NCBI GenBank assembly: GCA_900234795.1
Contig: LT962688.1
Location: forward strand, 5,250,001 to 5,282,000
Origin: Methylorubrum extorquens
GTDB lineage: Bacteria; Pseudomonadota; Alphaproteobacteria; Rhizobiales; Beijerinckiaceae
Direction: 5' to 3'
DNA: 32,000 nucleotides
A program made the position numbers and the translations under genes. Below, one piece after another: positions 1 to 10,361 of this stretch. Within the stretch, counting starts at the first letter, position 1, and every line of letters begins with the position of its first letter. The notes under the pieces were generated by a model that was given only the letters and a program-made list of their open reading frames with translations, ran no database searches and had not been told where the DNA came from.

Positions 1-1
1 C

Positions 2-1633
<1,632 letters not shown>

Positions 1634-1676
1634 TCCGACCGAACGAAGCGCCATTCCCACGTAAAGGAGCGAATTG

Positions 1677-2429
1677 ATGCGCGAGCCGCCCGCCAGACGG
1701 GACCAGCGCGAGATCGTCGTCCCCGGTGACATGCGCGTCGCCCGAGGCCCGGCCAAATCCGTGCCGCGCCGCAAGCCGGCCCCGCGCAGGCCTGCCGCGT
1801 CCGGTTGGAAGGCCGCTCTCCTCTCCGCCGCGACGGGGGCCGGGCAGGTCTGCCGGCGCTATCCCGGCGGCGTGTTCGGGACGTTCCTCGGGGTCGGCGC
1901 GGCAGTCTATGTCTGCGTCAACGCCATGGGCCTCCAGGCCGGGCCGCACCCGGCCCCGATCCTGCCGACCGTGGAGCCGAAGCCCGTAGCCGCGCGGCCC
2001 GCAGCCTCACCGGTCCGGGAGGTGCGCGCGGTGGAGGCGCCGAAGCCCGCCCCCGTGCGCGAGGTGCCGGTGCCCGCCCGCGACAGCATCGCCGACATGA
2101 TCCGCTCCGGCGAGACGACCGCCTCCGTCACCCCCAGGGCCGAGCGCAAGCCCGCGCCCAAGCCCGCCGCGAATGAACCGAAGGCCGAGACGAAGGCGGA
2201 TGCGGGCAAGTCCGAAGGGCCAAAGCCGGACTCGACCGTGATCCGGGCGCAGCGCGCCCTGACCAAGCTCGGCTACGGTCCGCTCAAGGATGACGGCCTG
2301 ATGGGACCCGGCACGAAGGCGGCGATCGAGAAGTTCGAGCGCGACCGCAAGATGCCGGTCAAGGGCGAGGCGGCCGGGCCGACCCTGCGCGCGCTGACCC
2401 GCGAGATGACCGCCAAGGCGGGCGGGTAA
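1677..2429 (+). CDS. Peptidoglycan-binding domain protein (membrane-anchored, Pro/Ala-rich linker)
   Basis: C-terminal PG_binding_1-like motif VIRAQRALTKLGYGPLKDDGLMGPGTKAAIEKFERDRKMP. One hydrophobic helix (VFGTFLGVGAAVYVCVNAMGL). AGGAG lies 7 nt upstream of the ATG at 1677; the track begins at the TTG at 1674. Confidence 0.75.
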   Translation: MREPPARRDQREIVVPGDMRVARGPAKSVPRRKPAPRRPAASGWKAALLSAATGAGQVCRRYPGGVFGTFLGVGAAVYVCVNAMGLQAGPHPAPILPTVEPKPVAARPAASPVREVRAVEAPKPAPVREVPVPARDSIADMIRSGETTASVTPRAERKPAPKPAANEPKAETKADAGKSEGPKPDSTVIRAQRALTKLGYGPLKDDGLMGPGTKAAIEKFERDRKMPVKGEAAGPTLRALTREMTAKAGG

Positions 2430-2436
2430 GCGTGCC

Positions 2437-2501
2437 TCACAAAACTCCCGGTCTGCGACCGTTCTCGCTCTGGCGATGACAGCGCGGCGGGAGTTTTGTG
2501 A
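2437..2501. repeat. 14-bp perfect inverted repeat with 37-nt spacer
   Basis: TCACAAAACTCCCG (2437-2450) / CGGGAGTTTTGTGA (2488-2501). It begins 8 nt after the stop of the PG-binding gene. Confidence 0.5.
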
Positions 2502-2572
2502 AAGACACTAAAGCGCGGCCGTCCTGACGCCGCGCCATCGACGCGGCGGCCATCGGCGCCTATGAACCGGGC

Positions 2573-2914
2573 ATGCCACGCCTTCGCTCGGATTTCTGGG
2601 TCTCCGCGCATCTGCGCCGTCTCAACGGCGAGAACATCCCCGCGGTGCAGCGCCGCCGCGGTTCGGCGGAGGCGGGGGCGATTTTCGTCAAGATCGACCG
2701 GCTCGACGGCACCGCCGACCTCTACGGCCCAGCGCCCCAGGCGCTGATCGAGGCGGATGACGCGGGCGATCGCCGGTTCACGCCGATCCTCACCGCCGTC
2801 CCGACGCCGGATGTTGAGGAACGCCTCGCGCGGGAGATCCGCTTCGATTCCGATCTCTGGATTGTCGAGATCGACGACCGCGAGGGCCGGCACGGCCTCC
2901 TGCTCGCGGAGTAG
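2573..2914 (+). CDS. Small conserved alphaproteobacterial protein, DUF1491-like
   Basis: 113 aa. The N-terminus MPRLRSDFWVSAHLRRL...AGAIFVKIDRLDGTADLYGP resembles the DUF1491 family as I remember it. Composition is balanced compared with the overlapping Arg-rich shadow ORFs. Confidence 0.55.
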   Translation: MPRLRSDFWVSAHLRRLNGENIPAVQRRRGSAEAGAIFVKIDRLDGTADLYGPAPQALIEADDAGDRRFTPILTAVPTPDVEERLAREIRFDSDLWIVEIDDREGRHGLLLAE

Positions 2915-2929
2915 CCTTCGGGCTTGGCG

Positions 2930-3916
2930 TCAGCTCGTCCGGCGCAGGCGCATCGGGAGCACCGTGCGCAGGCGCTCGGCCGCGGTGCTGCCGCGCTTGG
3001 CTTCGGGGCCGTGCAATGGCTGATGCTCGCCCACGGCACGCTCCATCACGGGCACGCCGAAGATCGCGCAGAGCAGGTCGCGGGCGGTGGCCCGGCTCGT
3101 CTCGCGAAACAGCGTGACCAGAGAAAACACGCGATCGACCGAGCGCGCGACGCTGTCGTTGAGGGTGAGGAAGACGAAGACCGCTTCGCCCTCGCGCAGA
3201 TCCGCGGCGCGCAGCGCAAGCGTCAGCAGATCGTAGCGGGCGACCGGATCGACGGCGGCGCCGAGATAGTTCGGCGGCAGGCCGAGCCCGCGACCAAGCG
3301 CGGTGATGAAGGCCTGCACGTCGCGGGCATGGGAATGCTCGACGAGGCTCGTCGCGAGCGCACGGGGGGCCGGCGGGCAGGGGCGCAGGGCGGCGGTGGC
3401 CTCGACGGCCTGGGTGATCGCGCTGCGCTGCTCCGGACCGGCATAGAGCCAGAGCGGCGCGAGGTCGGCGGGCGGAATGTCGGGCCGGCCGAGCAGGATA
3501 CGGGCGAGATCCGCGTCGGTCCGGGCGCGGGCGAGCAGGCGGTCCAGCACGCGGGTGCCGATCAGCGCGCCGGGATTCTCGGCGAGCGCGCGGTCGGCTT
3601 CCGCTTCCGTCTCGGGCTCCGGAGGCAGCGCGACGGGAAAGCCGCGGGCTTCGAGCGCGGCGCGCACGCCGGCCGGGACGTCGGGGCATCCTTTGAGCTT
3701 CTCGGCGACGACGCGCGCCGTTTCCTCGTCCACCGTCGGGATCAGACCCGCGGCGAGGGACTCGAACTCCCTGAGGATCGCCCGATCATGGACCGGAGCG
3801 GCCAGGAACAGGTCGGTCTGCACCCGCAGAATCACGGGTTTCAGGTCCAGCGCGGGATCGCGCGAGAGCTCGATGAGGCCGGACAGGTCCGGCGCGCCGG
3901 CGACCGATGGGGGCAT
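2930..3916 (-). CDS. Conserved hypothetical protein, DUF2336-like
   Basis: 328 aa with helical-repeat-like balanced composition (ILREFESLAAGLIPTVDEETARVVAEKL...). The two competing ORFs over the same DNA (2924-3970 +, 2790-3689 -) are Arg/Gly-rich shadow frames. The family name is from memory only. Confidence 0.6.
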   Translation of the reverse strand: MPPSVAGAPDLSGLIELSRDPALDLKPVILRVQTDLFLAAPVHDRAILREFESLAAGLIPTVDEETARVVAEKLKGCPDVPAGVRAALEARGFPVALPPEPETEAEADRALAENPGALIGTRVLDRLLARARTDADLARILLGRPDIPPADLAPLWLYAGPEQRSAITQAVEATAALRPCPPAPRALATSLVEHSHARDVQAFITALGRGLGLPPNYLGAAVDPVARYDLLTLALRAADLREGEAVFVFLTLNDSVARSVDRVFSLVTLFRETSRATARDLLCAIFGVPVMERAVGEHQPLHGPEAKRGSTAAERLRTVLPMRLRRTS

Positions 3917-4017
3917 GGCACTCGATTACGCAGAACTTACTCTGAAGGTGAGTCAAACAGTTCTGCGTGAATCGACCTTTAAGAACGCGGGAGCGCGAGT
4001 GTCCCGCAGCGGCCGGA

Positions 4018-4911
4018 TCAGGCGCGTGCCAGCCGGTCCACGACCTCCGCCACCCGATTCCGGACGGGTTCGGACAGCGGCAGGATCGGCCGGGGCGGAT
4101 CGGCCCGGCACAGGCCGAGGTGATGGGCCGCCGCGTAGGTGACCCGCAGGCTGGAGAATTCCTTGAACAGGTCCCAGAGCGGCTGCATCCGCGCGTTCAG
4201 GGCCCGCGCCCGCGCGGCCTCGCCGGCGCGGGCCGCCCGCAGGATCGCGAGGCAGGGTTCCGGAAACAGCCCGGCCGCGACGCTGTACCAAGCCTCGCCG
4301 CCGGCCAGCAGCGCCTCGGCCGCGTTCCAGTCGCCGCTGAAGCCGAGCCGGAATTCGGCCGGCACCGCCCGGCGCAGGGCGTCGAGCTGGCCGGCCACCG
4401 CGTCGGAGTCCGGCGCCGGGCTCTTGAGCGCGCGGATTCCGGGCACCTGCGCGAGCCGCCCGACCAGCGAGGGCGTGAACCGGAAATGCGTGGTGCCGGG
4501 ATTGTCGTAGATGCAGATTGGCAGGCCGCTGTCCGTGGCGATCGCCGAGAAATGCTCGAACACCTCCTCGTCGGTCAGCGGCGTGTAGGAGATTGCGGCC
4601 AGGAGCCCGGCGGCGGCACCCGCCGCCCGCGCGTCCTGCGCCAAGGCCACGGCCTCGTCGGTGCGCAAAGCCCCGATTCCGACGATGACCGGCACCCGGC
4701 CGCCCACCTCGTCGAGGGCCGCATCGAGCGCGCGGCGCCGCTCCGCGCGGGAGAGATAGGCGTAGGTGCCGGTGCTGCCGAGCAGCCCGATCGAATCCAC
4801 CCCCGCGGCGGCGAGCCGCGCGATGAGGGCGCGCAACGCCGCCGTCTCCACGCATCCGTCGGGGGAGGCGGGGGTGATGGGAAAGGCGGAGAGGCCGGTG
4901 AAGCAGGTCAT
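4018..4911 (-). CDS. Dihydrodipicolinate synthase/N-acetylneuraminate lyase family protein (DapA-like class I aldolase)
   Basis: 297 aa. FPITP...GVDSIGLLGSTGTYAYLSRAERR, VIVGIGALRT, ISYTPLTDEEVFEHF, ICIYDNPGTTHF and IRALKSP match the DHDPS-family layout, including the YxxP motif and a Schiff-base Lys context. Confidence 0.85.
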   Translation of the reverse strand: MTCFTGLSAFPITPASPDGCVETAALRALIARLAAAGVDSIGLLGSTGTYAYLSRAERRRALDAALDEVGGRVPVIVGIGALRTDEAVALAQDARAAGAAAGLLAAISYTPLTDEEVFEHFSAIATDSGLPICIYDNPGTTHFRFTPSLVGRLAQVPGIRALKSPAPDSDAVAGQLDALRRAVPAEFRLGFSGDWNAAEALLAGGEAWYSVAAGLFPEPCLAILRAARAGEAARARALNARMQPLWDLFKEFSSLRVTYAAAHHLGLCRADPPRPILPLSEPVRNRVAEVVDRLARA

Positions 4912-5094
4912 GACGGCGGCAGGATGCGAGCAGGAATAGATGGGATCAACAGGGGTCTTGTCACCATTTTCCCGTGGTATCTATCCAACGACCACGCAGC
5001 GCTTGAAAGCCGGCCGAATATGGAGTGTCCAACTCACGCTCCGCTTGAGCAGTTTTGAAGCGATTTCCAGAAATCTTGCGGACTACGGCTGAGA

Positions 5095-5409
5095 ATGCGC
5101 ATCGGTATCAATCTCAGGGGCGATCTTGCCAAGCTGAGCGTTCAGGAACTTAGCGACCGGATCGATGTCCTGTTTGCTGAACGTGCTGATGTGTCGGACT
5201 CGATTTCCGACTTGATGTCAGTGGGAAACAAGACGCTTTATCAGAGTGGATGGGGGCTTCCGTTCGGGCGCGGCCTCATTCACGCGAGCCTAGTCTATAA
5301 AATGACAGGCTTCTTCTATGGTGGCTCTCACAAACGTGGCTTGGGTCGCCTGTACGTGATCGATTGCGAGCTGAAGGATTTGATCGACGAATGCCGACGG
5401 CGCACCTGA
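5095..5409 (+). CDS. Orphan hypothetical protein in an AT-richer islet
   Basis: 104-aa ORF with no motif I recognise. Local G+C is about 48-58% on four hand-counted 60-nt lines, against about 70% for the neighbours. The SD is weak. Its stop codon lies inside a 16-bp palindrome shared with the convergent gene. Confidence 0.4.
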   Translation: MRIGINLRGDLAKLSVQELSDRIDVLFAERADVSDSISDLMSVGNKTLYQSGWGLPFGRGLIHASLVYKMTGFFYGGSHKRGLGRLYVIDCELKDLIDECRRRT

Positions 5410-5420
5410 TCGCGATCAGG
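5405..5420. other. 16-bp perfect palindrome containing both convergent stop codons
   Basis: CCTGATCGCGATCAGG contains the TGA (5407-5409) of the orphan plus-strand ORF and the TCA (5416-5418), which is the stop of the fliL-like minus-strand gene. Confidence 0.6.
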
Positions 5421-5862
5421 AGCGCACCTCGCGCTTGGCCACGAAATTCAACTCGTCCACCAGCACGTCCTTGACCACGTCGGAGCCGAGGCGCTCGTTC
5501 ACCTTGGCGCGGATCTGGGCCAGCCGGCCGTTGATGTCGTAGCGGGCGAGCTTGCGGAAATCGATCGTGGTATCGCCGTAGATCTGGCGGAAGGCCTCAT
5601 CGACCACGAAGGCGTTGGGGGCGACGGGGAGCGTGTGCATCAGCTTGGCGTCGGCCGTGAAGACCAGCACGGCGATGACGTAGCCCTGCACCTTGCCCTC
5701 GGCGACCATCGGAATGTTGATGGGCGCAAGCTTCTGATATTGCAGCCCTTCGAGATAGGGCTCGGTCGATTTCGAGAAGAACCCGCCGCCGAAGGTCACC
5801 GCCGCGTAGCAGGAGGCGATGGTGACAGCGCAGATCCACAGACCCGAGACGAGGACGCGCAT
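5416..5862 (-). CDS. FliL-like flagellar basal-body-associated protein (last gene of the flhA-fliR string)
   Basis: 148 aa. N-terminal TM helix (LVSGLWICAVTIASCYAAV), then a FliL-like pattern (YQKLAPINIPMV..GKVQGYVIAVLVFTAD...LAQIRAKVNERLGSDVVKDVLVDELNFV). It starts 3 nt after the upstream gene. Confidence 0.5.
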   Translation of the reverse strand: MRVLVSGLWICAVTIASCYAAVTFGGGFFSKSTEPYLEGLQYQKLAPINIPMVAEGKVQGYVIAVLVFTADAKLMHTLPVAPNAFVVDEAFRQIYGDTTIDFRKLARYDINGRLAQIRAKVNERLGSDVVKDVLVDELNFVAKREVRS

Positions 5863-5865
5863 GGA

Positions 5866-6198
5866 TCAGTCGCGTCCCAGGCGCGCCGAATAGGTGCCGT
5901 CGGACTCGGCGGCCTGCAGGCTGGCCTGCAGCGTCTCGCCGACCTCCTCCACCGCCCGCAGATGCAGGGCGACGGCCTCCTGATTGCGGATCAGCTTGTC
6001 GCGCAGGCGCGCCAGCACGATCCCGGTCTCGGCGTCGAGGGTCGCGACGTCGAGGCCGCGGGCGAGGCGGGTGAGTTCCAGGAGGCTCCGGCTCTTGGCC
6101 CGGTTGACCGCGTCGAGATCGAGGGCCGCATTGGCACTGAGCGCCTCGGTCTCGGCCTCGACGGTGGCCTCCAACCGCTTCAGGGAGTCGATCAGCAT
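5866..6198 (-). CDS. Small helical flagellar-cluster protein, possibly a FlgN-like export chaperone
   Basis: 110 aa, all-helical and acidic (LKRLEATVEAETEALSAN...LRDKLIRNQEAVALHLRAVEEV). It sits directly downstream of the rod-binding protein gene. The assignment rests on size, context and composition only. Confidence 0.4.
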   Translation of the reverse strand: MLIDSLKRLEATVEAETEALSANAALDLDAVNRAKSRSLLELTRLARGLDVATLDAETGIVLARLRDKLIRNQEAVALHLRAVEEVGETLQASLQAAESDGTYSARLGRD

Positions 6199-6203
6199 GG
6201 CGG

Positions 6204-6686
6204 TCAGACCTTACCCGCGACGCCGGTGCCGGTGGGCGTGCCTGTGGGCGTGACCGTGGTGCCGGCGGGGCGGGCGGCATTCAGCATGCGGGCGATGCCA
6301 ATGCCGCCGGTCTGCGCGATCTGCTGGCCGAGCTGCTCGGCGAGCATCGATTTCCAGATGCCGCCGGCATTGCCCTTGCCGAAGACGGTCTCGGCCTTGG
6401 GCAGCATCGCCTCGACGAATTGCTGGATCACCTGCCCCTCGAACTTCCGGTAGGGGTCGGCGGAACCGGTCCGGGCAGTCTCGTTCTTCAGGCCCGTCAG
6501 CGCCCCGTGGACGTCGAGGGGCATGTGCGTGGTCAGGCCGACCTCGCGCGCCGCGTCGTCGGCGGCGCTGGCGAAGGCGGCCGGGTCGCCGGGCTGCGAC
6601 AGCTTGGCCGCGGCCTCCTGATAGCGGGCCGGGTCGGCGGCGCGCGCCACGTCCATCACGATGTCGGAAGGGGGGGTGATGCTCAT
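6204..6686 (-). CDS. flgJ: Flagellar rod-binding protein (FlgJ N-terminal domain type, no muramidase domain)
   Basis: 160 aa. Rod_binding-like core FEGQVIQQFVEAMLPKAETVFGKGNAGGIWKSMLAEQLGQQIAQTGGIGIARML. Confidence 0.7.
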   Translation of the reverse strand: MSITPPSDIVMDVARAADPARYQEAAAKLSQPGDPAAFASAADDAAREVGLTTHMPLDVHGALTGLKNETARTGSADPYRKFEGQVIQQFVEAMLPKAETVFGKGNAGGIWKSMLAEQLGQQIAQTGGIGIARMLNAARPAGTTVTPTGTPTGTGVAGKV

Positions 6687-6761
6687 CGCGCCGTCAAACC
6701 TTGATGCGGCGCGAACCGGGCGCGCGCCGCTGAGGATGGAGCGGAGTGTAGATCCGCTGGC

Positions 6762-7172
6762 TTACGGGAGGCTTGCGTCGCGGCGCTGGGCGAGGCCGTC
6801 GAGCCGCTCCATCGCATCGAGCCGGTCGCGCTCCCGGTCGAGCAGCGTCTCGATCCGCTCAGCGCTCAGCTCCGCGCGCTTCTGCGCGAGGCCCTGCTCG
6901 CGCACCTCGTCGGCCTGGGATGCGGCGATTCGTTCGAGTTCGGTCGCCCGCGCGGCGAGCCCGCGCAGACGGCGGTTGGCGGCCTCCAGGAACAGGTGGC
7001 CGTGGGCCGAGGACCCGACCGCGGCGAGCAAAGCCGCCCGGTCCGCCTCGACCGCCTCGGCATTGCGCCGGGTCTCGGCGAGCTGCCACTCGGCGGCGCG
7101 GCGCATTTGCTCCTGCACGGCTGTGAGCCGCTCGGCGCGCTTCAGGCGCTTGGCGATGTCGGCGGCGGACAT
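6762..7172 (-). CDS. 136-aa coiled-coil protein between fliR and flgJ (FliJ-like candidate)
   Basis: Internal ATG (7170-7172) of the track ORF 6762-7721. Translation from there is MSAADIAKRLKRAERLTAVQEQMRRAAEWQLAETRRNAEAVEADRAALL..., a charged heptad-like sequence. The upstream part of the track ORF overlaps fliR and is Arg/Gly-rich junk. Confidence 0.5.
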   Translation of the reverse strand: MSAADIAKRLKRAERLTAVQEQMRRAAEWQLAETRRNAEAVEADRAALLAAVGSSAHGHLFLEAANRRLRGLAARATELERIAASQADEVREQGLAQKRAELSAERIETLLDRERDRLDAMERLDGLAQRRDASLP

Positions 7173-7180
7173 GATGGCAC

Positions 7181-7951
7181 TCAGCCTTTGCGCAGCCAGG
7201 CGACGTAGCCGGACAGGAACTGCGTCATGAACTCGCTGGAGAGCGTGTAGAGCAGCAGCAGCGCACCGAACATCACGAAGGGCGTGGCGACGAAGTAGAC
7301 GGGGATCGTCGGCGTGAGCTTGTTCACGAAGCCCGCCGCGAGGTTCACCGCCACCGCGTAGATGATGAAGGGGGCCGCAATCCGCAGGGCGAGGGTGAAG
7401 GCCTCGGCGATCTGGTCGGCGATGCGCACCAGCGCGGTCTGCGTGCCGAAGCCCTCGCCGGGCGGGATGCGGCCGTAGGAATCGACGAGGCCGCGGAACA
7501 GCTCCCAATGCAGGTCGGCCGCGAACATCAGCGCGACCGCGGTGAAGACGATCAGCGATTCGACCGCGGGGATCGCGTCGGTCCCCTCGACCGGCGTGCC
7601 CGGCATCGAGCCGAAGCCGACCATGGTCGAGACCGCGTTCATCACGGTTTCCAGCACGAAGACGAAGATGCGTCCGAGCAGGCCGATGAGCAGCCCGGTC
7701 ACCGTCTCGCTGGCGATCCAAGTCAGCGTTTCGGTCGGCGCCTGACCCGAGAGCTTGGTCTGAAACAGCGGCAGCAGCAGCGGCGTGACGGCGAGCGACA
7801 CGCCGCCGGCGATGAGGAGCCGCACCTGCGCCGGCACGCGCGGGCTGGAGAAGCCGGGCACGATCAGGAGGCAGCCGCCGATCCGGCAGAAGATCAGGAA
7901 GACGCCGAGGAAGGCCTCTCCGCCGAACAGGCTGCCGAAGCCCGGAATCAC
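7181..7951 (-). CDS. fliR: Flagellar type III export apparatus protein FliR
   Basis: Only the C-terminal 256 aa of track ORF 7181-8647 look real: [49 protein letters not shown]... with multiple TM helices. The GTG start at 7949-7951 overlaps the flhA stop (GTGA), implying translational coupling. Confidence 0.88.
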   Translation of the reverse strand: MIPGFGSLFGGEAFLGVFLIFCRIGGCLLIVPGFSSPRVPAQVRLLIAGGVSLAVTPLLLPLFQTKLSGQAPTETLTWIASETVTGLLIGLLGRIFVFVLETVMNAVSTMVGFGSMPGTPVEGTDAIPAVESLIVFTAVALMFAADLHWELFRGLVDSYGRIPPGEGFGTQTALVRIADQIAEAFTLALRIAAPFIIYAVAVNLAAGFVNKLTPTIPVYFVATPFVMFGALLLLYTLSSEFMTQFLSGYVAWLRKG

Positions 7952-10029
7952 GAGATGGTGCCCAGCGATTTCAGCTCGACGCCGCGGGCGATCTCCAGAT
8001 GCGAGAGGACGGGCAGGGTCGGGAAAATCCGCTCGATGATCATCCGCACATAGGACCGGGCGTCGGGGGCGGTGACGAGGGCGAAGCCGTGGACCTGCCG
8101 CATCCGTTCGCGGATCGCCTCGCCGGCTTCCGTGCCGAACTGCTCCACGAGGCGCGGGTCGATGTCGAACTCGATGACCTCGCCCTTGGCATCCCGCTTC
8201 AGGCTCTGGTGGAAGGTCAGATCCCAGTTGGCGCCGAGCCGCAGGACGTGCAGCACCCCGTCCTCGGCGAGATCGCCGCAGATTTGCTGCGCGACGCGCA
8301 TCCGGACGTGCTCGGCGATCTGCTCGGCGCGGCGGGCATGCGGGCTGATCTCGGCCACCGCCTCCAGAATCAGGTGCAGGTTGCGGATCGAGACGCGCTC
8401 GGAGAGCAGCAGCTTCAGCACCGCCTGCAGGCCGGAATGCGAGATCTGCGAGGGGCAGATCTCGTCGATCAGCCGCTTGTATTCCGGGTCGAGCCGGTCG
8501 AGCAGCGCCCGCATGTCCTTGTAGGACAGGAACTGGGGCAGGTTGTTGCGGATCACCTCGGAGAGATGGGTGAGCAGGACGGAGGCGCCGTCGATCGCCT
8601 CGAAGCCGGAGCGGCGGATCTCGCCGGCATAGGCGTCGACGACCCACAGGGCCTTCATGCCGAAGGCGGGCTCGCGGACTTCCTCGGACGGCACGTCGGG
8701 GCGCGGCCCATCGCCGACGACGACGAGCAGCTCGCCCGGCCGCATCTCCTGGGTCGCGGCCACCGTGCCGTGAATGCGAATCTGGTAGGTCTTGGGCGGT
8801 AGGTTGAGGCTGTCGGTGAGCTTGATGTCGGGCACGACGAAGCCGTACTGGCGCGCGAACTTGCGGCGCATCTTGGCGACGCGGTGGTGCAGCTCGGCGT
8901 GGTTGCCCTGGATCTGGGCCGCGACCTGACGGCCGAGGCAGAGCTCGATCTCCGGCGTGCGCAGCTGCTCCTTGACCGATTCCTTGGTCTCGGCCTGCTT
9001 GCTCTCCTCCTCGCGCTTCACCTGGGCGGCCGCGGCGGCGGCCCGGGATGCCCGGCGTCTCGGAATGGTGACCGCCACGAAGCCCATCAGGCCCGCGAGC
9101 GTGACGAAGGGCAGGAACGGCAGGCCGGGGACGATGGCGAACATCAGCATCAGCGCGGCGGCGACGATCAGCGCGCGCGGATAGGCGCTGAGCTGGCCGA
9201 GCACGGCTTCCTCGGTCGCGCCGCGGGTGCCGCCCTTGGAGACGAGGAGGCCGGCGGCGAGCGAGACGATCAGCGCCGGGATCTGCGAGACGAGGCCGTC
9301 GCCGACCGACAGCTTGACGAAGACGTCGGCGGCTTGGCCGAGCGGCATGCCGTGGCGGGTGGTGCCGATGATGACGCCGCCGAACACGTTGACGGCGATG
9401 ACGATGAGCGAGGCCACCGCCTCGCCGCGCACGAATTTCGAGGCGCCGTCCATCGAGCCGAAGAACGCCGATTCCTCTTCCAGCTCACGGCGGCGGCGCT
9501 GCGCCTCCTTGTCGTCGATCAGCCCCGCATTGAGATCGGCGTCGATCGCCATCTGCTTGCCGGGGATGGCGTCGAGGGTGAAGCGGGCGCCCACCTCGGC
9601 GATACGGGTCGCGCCCTTGGTGATGACGAGGAAGTTGACCGTGATGAGGATCATGAAGACGACGATTCCGATGACGAAATCGCCGCTCATCACGAATTGC
9701 GAGAAGCCCTGGATGACGTGGCCGGCGGCGTCCACACCCTTCTGGCCGTTGGCCAGGATCAGCCGCGTCGTGGCGATGCCGAGCGCCAGCCGCAGCAGCG
9801 TCGCGATCAGCAGCACGGTGGGGAAGGCCGAGAATTCGAGCGGCTTCTGAATCCAGAGCGCCACCATCAGGATCAGCACCGAGAGCGCGATCGAGAAGGC
9901 GAGGCCGACATCGATCAGCACCGCCGGCACCGGCAGGAACAGCACTGCGAGGATCGCGACGATGCCGGCCGCGAAGCCGAAGTCGCGCCGCGACCGCTTT
10001 TCCAGGACGAGCGCTTCGCTCACCGCCAT
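7948..10029 (-). CDS. flhA: Flagellar export apparatus protein FlhA
   Basis: 693 aa. FHIPEP signature [47 protein letters not shown]-terminal TM domain, and a C-terminal cytoplasmic domain. Confidence 0.97.
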   Translation of the reverse strand: MAVSEALVLEKRSRRDFGFAAGIVAILAVLFLPVPAVLIDVGLAFSIALSVLILMVALWIQKPLEFSAFPTVLLIATLLRLALGIATTRLILANGQKGVDAAGHVIQGFSQFVMSGDFVIGIVVFMILITVNFLVITKGATRIAEVGARFTLDAIPGKQMAIDADLNAGLIDDKEAQRRRRELEEESAFFGSMDGASKFVRGEAVASLIVIAVNVFGGVIIGTTRHGMPLGQAADVFVKLSVGDGLVSQIPALIVSLAAGLLVSKGGTRGATEEAVLGQLSAYPRALIVAAALMLMFAIVPGLPFLPFVTLAGLMGFVAVTIPRRRASRAAAAAAQVKREEESKQAETKESVKEQLRTPEIELCLGRQVAAQIQGNHAELHHRVAKMRRKFARQYGFVVPDIKLTDSLNLPPKTYQIRIHGTVAATQEMRPGELLVVVGDGPRPDVPSEEVREPAFGMKALWVVDAYAGEIRRSGFEAIDGASVLLTHLSEVIRNNLPQFLSYKDMRALLDRLDPEYKRLIDEICPSQISHSGLQAVLKLLLSERVSIRNLHLILEAVAEISPHARRAEQIAEHVRMRVAQQICGDLAEDGVLHVLRLGANWDLTFHQSLKRDAKGEVIEFDIDPRLVEQFGTEAGEAIRERMRQVHGFALVTAPDARSYVRMIIERIFPTLPVLSHLEIARGVELKSLGTIS

Positions 10030-10282
10030 GACGTGAACCGATTCCCCTCAAGGTCGAGGCGGTTGTGGCGCGGCAAGCTTGCGCGGGGATGGGTGCCCGC
10101 GGGCAAGTGCACGAGAGGGGGGCGGAAGAGGCGTCGGCAGAGGCTCTTAACCGTGACTCTCGAAGCCTGCCGTCACCCGTCGCATGGCTGGGCGTCGAAT
10201 CGGGTGCTGCCGTGGCCCGCGCTTGGTGTTAAGGTCTTCTCCGTCGAAGCTTTTGTCCTTCCCAAGGTCGAGGCCTTCGCGC

Positions 10283-10326
10283 GGGACCGGGCGGTCAAGT
10301 CTCGACAGCTTCCTCCGCCCGGTCCC
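10283..10326 (-). other. 12-bp perfect GC-rich hairpin in the 332-bp fliQ-flhA spacer
   Basis: GGGACCGGGCGG (10283-10294) and CCGCCCGGTCCC (10315-10326) are exact reverse complements separated by a 20-nt loop. Confidence 0.45.
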
Positions 10327-10361
10327 AACCGTTCTCCCGCCCTCGCGCCGGAGGCGCGGCT

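Noticed and set aside
6687-6713. 7-bp hairpin CGCGCCG/CGGCGCG just upstream of the flgJ-like start
   Set aside because: It is a short GC stem of a kind expected frequently in this genome, with no repeat elsewhere in the window and no clear relation to the SD.
7952-8647. N-terminal 232-aa extension of the track ORF 7181-8647 that would make FliR 488 aa
   Set aside because: The extension overlaps the flhA 3' half in another frame and is Arg/Pro/Gly-rich. FliR homology begins at the GTG that overlaps the flhA stop. The track ORF 6762-7721 is trimmed to 6762-7172 for the same reason.
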